Positions 34,460 through 40,358 of a DNA stretch of 40,358 nt are shown one piece after another. The notes below the pieces were generated by a model, which saw nothing but the letters and a program-made list of their open reading frames with translations, did not search any database and was not told the DNA's origin. Position numbers and translations under genes: made by a program. The stretch's first letter is position 1. Each line of letters begins with the position of its first letter. The stretch comes from a virus. Lineage: Duplodnaviria; Caudoviricetes. The stretch covers positions 1 to 40,358 of IMG/VR virus record IMGVR_UViG_3300036805_000147; one strand, written 5' to 3'.

Positions 34460-34818
34460 GCGCTGCCGACGAGAAGGCCGCCCTGGCGAACTTCCTGCAA
34501 GCCGGAACCGGTGTGCAGGTGTACACCGAGCCGGACGCGCCGATCAACCCGCCGTGCATGATCATCGCTCCGCCGACCTTGTCGTGGACGGTGTTCAACG
34601 GCAAGGGCCCGGATCAGGCGAAGTGGCCGTTGTACCTCATCGTTCCCGATAACGGTGGTGCTGCTGCGGCTTTGGATGCGTTGATCCTGAAGGTGTGCAC
34701 CGTGTTGCCGTCCAATCCGGACGCGCCGACGATCACCGATCCTGCCGTTCCCACGTCGTGGCGCACCTCGGGCGCCACGCTGCCTGCCTACCTGCTCACT
34801 CTCGAAGGGAGCCTGTGA
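34456..34818 (+). CDS. tail terminator / head-tail joining protein
   Basis: INPPC.II.PP and LPAY motifs; position before the major tail gene. Confidence 0.7.
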   Translation: MSAADEKAALANFLQAGTGVQVYTEPDAPINPPCMIIAPPTLSWTVFNGKGPDQAKWPLYLIVPDNGGAAAALDALILKVCTVLPSNPDAPTITDPAVPTSWRTSGATLPAYLLTLEGSL

Positions 34819-35258
34819 TGACTCTGACCGATCCGCAGCCGCACCAGAGGCGGATTACCACGATCTCCCTGTCGGTCGACGGCACCGACTTTTCTACGCA
34901 GATCCAGACGTTCAACTTCGACCCGGGCGTGAAGGTCGGCACCCAACAGTTCACGCTGTCCAGTGCGGGTGAGGGGCACAACGCGTTCTACGAGGACACC
35001 GACCCCGAGGCCACGCTGGAAATCAAGGGGTATGAGGACTGGCGGTCGGATGGTCTGTCGGACTTCATCTACTCCAACGTCAACGCGGTGGTGGACTTCG
35101 TGTTGGAGCAGAACCCGGATGTGTCGGCGGAGCACACGCTGATCTCCGGGTCGCTGAAGATCATTCCGCATGTGACCGGCGGCGACGCCCGCACCACCGC
35201 CATGCTCGACGCCACCTTCCCGGTGTTCCCGGGCTACAGCTACACCAGGGGTGCATGA
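34818..35258 (+). CDS. major tail protein
   Basis: L.VDGTDFS.QI, ..DW....LS.F.Y, ISG.....GG.A....D.TFP. Confidence 0.8.
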   Translation: MTLTDPQPHQRRITTISLSVDGTDFSTQIQTFNFDPGVKVGTQQFTLSSAGEGHNAFYEDTDPEATLEIKGYEDWRSDGLSDFIYSNVNAVVDFVLEQNPDVSAEHTLISGSLKIIPHVTGGDARTTAMLDATFPVFPGYSYTRGA

Positions 35259-35620
35259 TGGCACGCTCAAGCCAGACCACCCAGCCGATCGTGAAGACCG
35301 GACTCGTCCCAGTGCTTACCGCACCCACGTCGGGTTCCGGGAACGGTGACGTGATCGACACTGGACGGGTGGCGCTCATGGTGGTGGCAGGCGCGACCGC
35401 CGTCACGGTCACCGTCGAAACCCCGGTTACTGTGGACGGTTTGGACGTGGACGACCTCGTCGTCGACGTCGCGTCCGGAGCGACCGCGCTCATCGGCCCG
35501 TTCGCGTCTTCGACGTTCGGGCAGACCACGTCGACCGCGGACGTCACCACCGACGTTGGCCGGGCCTACGTCACCTATGACAACGCCACGACCGTCACCC
35601 GGGCGGTGGTGTCGCTGTGA
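35255..35620 (+). CDS. small beta-rich virion protein
   Basis: TVTV.TP.TVDGL.V.D.VV.V..G....IGPF pattern in the tail operon. Confidence 0.6.
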   Translation: MMARSSQTTQPIVKTGLVPVLTAPTSGSGNGDVIDTGRVALMVVAGATAVTVTVETPVTVDGLDVDDLVVDVASGATALIGPFASSTFGQTTSTADVTTDVGRAYVTYDNATTVTRAVVSL

Positions 35621-35922
35621 GCATCGTGGTCAGACACCTGGACGTCCAACGCGACGGCTCCGACGAAGTCGAAACGCTGGCCATCGCACCGCGCACGGTC
35701 ATGGCGTGGGAGAAGGAACGTTCCAACCGGTCCGCCGTGCAGCTCGAAGGCAACGCGTTGCGGGTGCAGTACTTCTACGAGCTGGCGTGGATCGCACTGG
35801 ACAAGCCGGGCGGCGATTTCGACAAGTTCTGTGCCACCACGGATGTGTGGGCATCCGCTGAGGCACCGGCGGAGGCCGACCCGGTGGACCCTACGAGGCC
35901 GGAAGCATCCACTACGAACTGA
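35617..35922 (+). CDS. tail assembly chaperone (short form)
   Basis: AWEK...Y.LAW.A...F..F and C-terminal DPT; upstream of the tape measure gene. Confidence 0.8.
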   Translation: MSIVVRHLDVQRDGSDEVETLAIAPRTVMAWEKERSNRSAVQLEGNALRVQYFYELAWIALDKPGGDFDKFCATTDVWASAEAPAEADPVDPTRPEASTTN

Positions 35923-36041
35923 CCTGGCTCGCCCTCGCCACCGGCATCCCGGTCGAGTCGTGGGAGCGGCAGTGGTTGGAGGACCAGAGGGTCGTGGTGA
36001 CTGCTTTCGAGATCCTGAAGGACCGAAACAAGAAGCGGTAA
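35889..36041 (+). CDS. tail assembly chaperone frameshift extension (-1 frame)
   Basis: No ATG of its own; the -1 frame reads PYEAGSIHYELTWLALATGIPVESWERQWLEDQRVVVTAFEILKDRNKKR. Confidence 0.7.
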   Translation, partial: PYEAGSIHYELTWLALATGIPVESWERQWLEDQRVVVTAFEILKDRNKKR

Positions 36042-36059
36042 CTGGGGTGGAGGTGCGGG

Positions 36060-36551
36060 ATGGCGAAGAAGGCGCTGGTTGTCACCATCCGCATCACCGG
36101 GTTGCAGGAGACCCTCGCCAAACTGAAGGGCCTGCCCGACGAGGCCAACAAGCAGTTGCGCAAGGCGGCCGGGGTGATCGCCGCCGACGTGGCGAAGACC
36201 GCGAAGGCGTCTGGTATGGCCGAGGGTGCGCAGGCCGCCCTCGAGGCCACCACCGTGACGGTGAAGAAGGACCGGTTTCCTGCGGTGCAGGCCGGCGGCG
36301 GCCGACGTTTGGGCCGCTACGGCAAGCCGGCCTACAAGCTGCTGTTCGGCTCCGAGTTCGGCATGAACGAACACTCCGGCTGGTACGGCAAACCCCGCTA
36401 TGACGAGTCGACCGGGTTTCAGTACCAGGAGCACCGCGGCCAGTCGGGCGCCTGGTTCTTCCCCAGTGTGGAGGAAAACGCACCGGAGATCGCGGATGCG
36501 TGGACGGCGGCGGCGAACGCGATCGTCGACAGCTTCGGTGAGGGTGTCTGA
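36060..36551 (+). CDS. HK97 gp10-like neck/tail completion protein
   Basis: I.GL.E....L..L....KQLRKA, FGSEFG, G.WFFP.V. Confidence 0.7.
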   Translation: MAKKALVVTIRITGLQETLAKLKGLPDEANKQLRKAAGVIAADVAKTAKASGMAEGAQAALEATTVTVKKDRFPAVQAGGGRRLGRYGKPAYKLLFGSEFGMNEHSGWYGKPRYDESTGFQYQEHRGQSGAWFFPSVEENAPEIADAWTAAANAIVDSFGEGV

Positions 36552-38854
36552 TGGCCAGCAGCACCCGCACGATCCAGGTCAAGCTCAACGGCGACGCCTC
36601 CGGGTTGGCCCGGTCGGCGGCCGAAGCCTATGCGGCGCTGCGGAAGGTCGGCCAGGACACCACCGGCATGAAGAAGGCGCAGGCCGACGCGGAAGCGTTG
36701 GCCCGCGAACTGGACAAGAACGCGGCTGACGCCAAGGACAAGGGCTCGCTGATCGGCGGGGCGCTGGCCCTGGGTGTGTCCGCCGCGGCGCCGTTGGTGT
36801 CGGCCGCCCTGATCGGCGGAGTGTCGCTGGGCCTGGTCGGCGTGGTCGCCCTGGTGCAGAAGGGCAACAAGCAGGTCCAGGCCAACTTCTCGGACTTGTC
36901 GCACCAGGTCATCACCGAGATGACGTCGGTCACCGACCAGGCCGCGCCCGCGTTGGCGAAGTCGGAAAAGATGCTCCAGCAGACGTTCGCCAACTTGGGT
37001 CCACAGTTGGACCAGGCTTTTTCGGCGGCCGGCCCGGACATCACCGCGCTGACCGGTGGCGTGGACGCGCTGGCCACGAACGCCATGCCCGGCCTGGTCA
37101 CCGCCGCGAAGAACTCCCAGCCGGTCATGCAGGGCCTGGCGACCCTGCTCGGCGACGTCGGAACCACGGTGTCCACGGTGTTCACGGACGTGTCGCAGCA
37201 CAGCGACGTCCTCGAGCGGGATCTGGACAAGTTCGGCGGGCTGATCAAAAACGTGGGTGGTGTCCTCGGCGGTGTGCTACCCGGATTGGCGTCGGGGTTC
37301 GGGAGCACGGTGTCCACCGCCAACACGATGCTGTCGGTGCTCAAACCTGTCGCACCCGTGTTGGGGGACATCACCGGGCAGGCTCTGCCGGCGATCGGCG
37401 CCTTCAAGCTGTTCGGTTTGGCCACTGCGCCGTTGAACAAGTTCGGGTCGTCGGTCACGACGACCGGGCAGAAGGTCGGCATCTACGCCGCGAAACTCAC
37501 CAACAGCGCGTCGATCGGTGAGAAGGTCACCAAGGCCACCTCCAAAATGGGGTCGGCCCTGGGGTCGCTGGGTAACGTCCTCCCGATCGCCGGTGTCGGG
37601 TTCGCGCTGCTCGGTGACGCCATGTCGGCGGCGGCGAACAAGCAACAGGCCGTGTTGCAGGGCCTGGTGCAGGGTGGGGCGGCCAGCAAGAACGCGACCG
37701 CGCAGATCACCGCCGCCGCGCCGACGATCGCGCACCTGTCGGACGGTTTCAAGCAGGGCGAGGGGAACGCCGCACAGTTCTCCGACGCCCTGAACGTGGC
37801 CACGAAGAACATGGACCCGTTGCAGAAGGCCACCGCCATCTACAACGCCGACCTCGACCAGTTCGGCGCCAAGGCGCCGCAAACCATCACCGCACAACAC
37901 AACCTCGCCGCCGCGACCGATGCGAACCGGGGCGCGCAACAGGCACTGTCCAACGCAACCCAGGACGCGAACCTCCAACTGTTGCACCAGACCGACACGA
38001 TGCTGAACGCGATCAACTCGGACCTGGGGCTCCAGTCGTCGATCCTGAGCGTGACACAGGCGCAGAAAACCTACGCCTCGTCGGTCAAGACCAGCGGCAA
38101 GAACAGTTTGCAGAGCAAGCAGGCGTCGATCGCCTACCAGCAGTCGCTGATCGGGGAGATCAACGCCGCCGAGGCGGCCGCTTTGGCCCATCACACGAAC
38201 GCGTCCGCGAGTCAGCAGGCGAAGATCCAGGAGCAGGCCGAGACGGGCACCATCCTCGGCCTGGCTGCGGCGGCGGGGAAGAACGCGCCACCGGCACTCA
38301 AGCAGATGGTGGCCGGCCTGAACAGCAGTGAGATCGCGGCGTTCGCTGCCACGGGGAAGATCGCCGGCACCCGGACGGAGGTGTTGCGGCTCCCGAACGG
38401 GAAGACCATCAAGATCCAGGTCAACTCCAACGGACAGGCGGTCACCGGGCAGACGCAGGCCGAGATCGACCACATGCGGGGAAGGGCTATCCCGCTCACC
38501 GCGGTGGATCACGTGACCGGCACGGTCAACCAGATCATCCGCCAGAACAGCGGCAAGGTCATCCACGTGGAGCTGTCCACGTCGGGCGGTGCGATCAGCC
38601 TGGGCCACCGCGCAGGCGGCGGCCCGGTCACTGCGGGAATGCCCTACATCGTCGGTGAGCGGCGCGCGGAACTGTTCGTGCCGAAGACCGACGGCACGAT
38701 CCTGCCCTCCGTGCCCATCGCCAGTTCAGCGGGCGGGGACACGTTCGATCTGGTCATAGCCGACCAGGTGATCGCCTCCATCGTGGACGGCCGGCTGCGC
38801 CAGCACAACCGCACCCTCGTGTCCCGGGTCAAGGCAGGGAGCCGAATCCGATGA
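36551..38854 (+). CDS. tape measure protein
   Basis: 767-aa Ala/Gly-rich helical protein; N-terminal I.V.L.GD.SGL; C-terminal AGGGPV.AG.PYIVGE...ELFVP. Confidence 0.92.
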   Translation: MASSTRTIQVKLNGDASGLARSAAEAYAALRKVGQDTTGMKKAQADAEALARELDKNAADAKDKGSLIGGALALGVSAAAPLVSAALIGGVSLGLVGVVALVQKGNKQVQANFSDLSHQVITEMTSVTDQAAPALAKSEKMLQQTFANLGPQLDQAFSAAGPDITALTGGVDALATNAMPGLVTAAKNSQPVMQGLATLLGDVGTTVSTVFTDVSQHSDVLERDLDKFGGLIKNVGGVLGGVLPGLASGFGSTVSTANTMLSVLKPVAPVLGDITGQALPAIGAFKLFGLATAPLNKFGSSVTTTGQKVGIYAAKLTNSASIGEKVTKATSKMGSALGSLGNVLPIAGVGFALLGDAMSAAANKQQAVLQGLVQGGAASKNATAQITAAAPTIAHLSDGFKQGEGNAAQFSDALNVATKNMDPLQKATAIYNADLDQFGAKAPQTITAQHNLAAATDANRGAQQALSNATQDANLQLLHQTDTMLNAINSDLGLQSSILSVTQAQKTYASSVKTSGKNSLQSKQASIAYQQSLIGEINAAEAAALAHHTNASASQQAKIQEQAETGTILGLAAAAGKNAPPALKQMVAGLNSSEIAAFAATGKIAGTRTEVLRLPNGKTIKIQVNSNGQAVTGQTQAEIDHMRGRAIPLTAVDHVTGTVNQIIRQNSGKVIHVELSTSGGAISLGHRAGGGPVTAGMPYIVGERRAELFVPKTDGTILPSVPIASSAGGDTFDLVIADQVIASIVDGRLRQHNRTLVSRVKAGSRIR

Positions 38855-40248
38855 CACTCGCTGCGAGCTTCGACGATGCCACCGGCGCGGTCACGCTGAG
38901 CGTGTCGGCCGCGCCCACCAGCGTCACGGCCGCCTATCTCCAGCGGTCCACCGACCAGGTCACCTGGACCGACGTGCGCGGCGCGCAGGCCGTTCCGGTG
39001 TCGGCTGGTGCGGCGACGTTCCGCGACTACGAGTACGCGGCCGGCACGACCAACTTCTACCGGGCCACCTACGACGTGAGCTTCGCCAGCTTCGTCTCCG
39101 TGGGTGCCGTGGCCACCGCGAACAACGCGTCCGTCACCCCGGCGCTGCCGGCCGGTGTCGTGGCCGGTGATCTGGAGATCGCGTTCGCGTCGATCGCATC
39201 GGCCGTGTCCGGGAGTGGCCGGATCACCACGCCGGCCGGGTGGACGCCGATCCTGGGCACGCCGGCCGGGGTGAACCTGTACTGGCGGATACACACCACC
39301 GGCGCGGGTTCGCCGACGTTCGTCTTCACCGGCGGGGTGTCCGGGGATGAGACGATGGCCCAGTTGGCCGCGTTCCGCCACATGGCGGGCACGGCGCCAG
39401 TGGCGGCTGTGTCGTCGAACGCGGCGGTGCAGAACATCGCGTTCCCGTCGCTGTTCGCGCCGGACACCGGCATCGCGATCCTGGCGGCGTGGAAGCAGAA
39501 CCCCACCATCACGACCGCCACCGCACCGCCGGATCTGACGCTGATGGACAAGCAGTCGGCGGCCGGCACGGACGGCGAGAGCCAGCTCTGGTGGTGGCAG
39601 CCGATCGGCGGTGGGCTGACGTTCGGCGCCGGGTCGATCACGGTCACTGGCGGCGGCGCGGCGGTCAGCAAGGGCGTGGTGATCTCGTTCGCCGGCCTGG
39701 ACCAGGACACCGCCACCGTCACGCCGAACCAGACCTCGGTGTGGTTGAAGAACCCGTTGCGGCCGTTCCTGAACCGCCCGGTGACCGTGGTGGACATGGA
39801 CGACATCGTCCGCACCTCGAGGTCGGGTGTGTTCGACGTAATCAATCGCACGCTGCCCGTCACGGTCACCGACCTCATGTCGGGCCGGTCGACGACGCTG
39901 ACGCTGCGCACCACCGACCGGGTGTCGGCCGACGACCTGGACGGCATGATCGCCGTGGGCGAGGTGCTGCTGGTGCAGCCACCCGCACCCGGGTCGCCGG
40001 TGCCCACCATGTATGCCGTGCCGGGCGGGTCGACGCGGCAGCGCGTGGCGAACACGTCGGCCGTGCGCCGGTTCCCGCTGGGGCTGACGGAGTGCGCCAC
40101 GCCCGACCTGACCCTCGCCGCCGTGCAATCGACCTGCCAGACCGTGCTCAACACCTACGCCACGATCGCGGATCTGATCGCGGCCAAGGCCACCTGCGAG
40201 GACGTCCTGCTGATCGTGGGCACCGCCGAGGATGTGCTGACGAGTTGA
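38851..40248 (+). CDS. distal tail (Dit-like) protein with inserted beta-rich domain
   Basis: Follows the tape measure gene; RS.D...W..VRG..DYE...YRA N-terminus and VWLK.P.RP.LN C-terminal part flank an insert of about 200 aa. Confidence 0.8.
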   Translation: MTLAASFDDATGAVTLSVSAAPTSVTAAYLQRSTDQVTWTDVRGAQAVPVSAGAATFRDYEYAAGTTNFYRATYDVSFASFVSVGAVATANNASVTPALPAGVVAGDLEIAFASIASAVSGSGRITTPAGWTPILGTPAGVNLYWRIHTTGAGSPTFVFTGGVSGDETMAQLAAFRHMAGTAPVAAVSSNAAVQNIAFPSLFAPDTGIAILAAWKQNPTITTATAPPDLTLMDKQSAAGTDGESQLWWWQPIGGGLTFGAGSITVTGGGAAVSKGVVISFAGLDQDTATVTPNQTSVWLKNPLRPFLNRPVTVVDMDDIVRTSRSGVFDVINRTLPVTVTDLMSGRSTTLTLRTTDRVSADDLDGMIAVGEVLLVQPPAPGSPVPTMYAVPGGSTRQRVANTSAVRRFPLGLTECATPDLTLAAVQSTCQTVLNTYATIADLIAAKATCEDVLLIVGTAEDVLTS

Positions 40249-40358
40249 ACGAGAGTGAGCGGTTCTTCGCGAAGGTCGACCGGTCCGGCGGCCAAGACTC
40301 CTGTCACCCTTGGACGGCGTCGACGGACCGAGCCGGCTACGGCTGGTTCTGGTTCGAC
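40232..40358. repeat. copy of bases 1-127 (circular overlap)
   Basis: Exact match to the window start. Confidence 0.95.

Noticed and set aside
40232-40358. 127-bp terminal repeat as a biological DTR
   Set aside because: It cuts through coding sequence in the tail operon and its length equals a common assembly k-mer. The packaging genes point to ends near 27.1-27.3 kb.
1-40358. tRNA genes, DNA polymerase, primase/helicase, methyltransferase or an intact defence system
   Set aside because: I recognised no such motifs by eye. tRNAscan and HMM searches would be needed to exclude divergent cases.

Overview
This window is a complete, circularly permuted genome of a temperate, high-GC actinobacterial siphovirus. 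The unique length is about 40,231 bp, because bases 1-127 are repeated exactly at 40232-40358 as an assembly overlap. Modules in order: distal tail genes with an inserted HNH gene (1-3.2 kb); an expanded lysis region with a PIG-L deacetylase, collagen-like membrane protein, papain-like peptidase, GH25 endolysin and holin (3.2-7.4 kb); a mostly leftward accessory block with a GntR cassette and lipoproteins (7.5-11.2 kb); a large serine integrase with a candidate attP over its own start; a repressor/Cro switch with tandem operators; early genes including a DUF6745-type repeat protein and partner, YqaJ/RecT, HNH, a replication initiator with an internal iteron/DnaA-box origin, and RusA; then HNH, terminase, portal, protease, HK97-type capsid and tail genes. 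The most notable hidden item is an internally deleted remnant of an Acb2-like anti-CBASS nucleotide-sponge gene inside the lysis cassette, which the ORF track does not show. Others are an unlisted 43-aa phiRv1-RDF-like ORF, a wHTH domain at the terminase N-terminus and a 36-unit 12-bp coding repeat array. All family assignments come from motif recognition by eye and memory; no database search was run.
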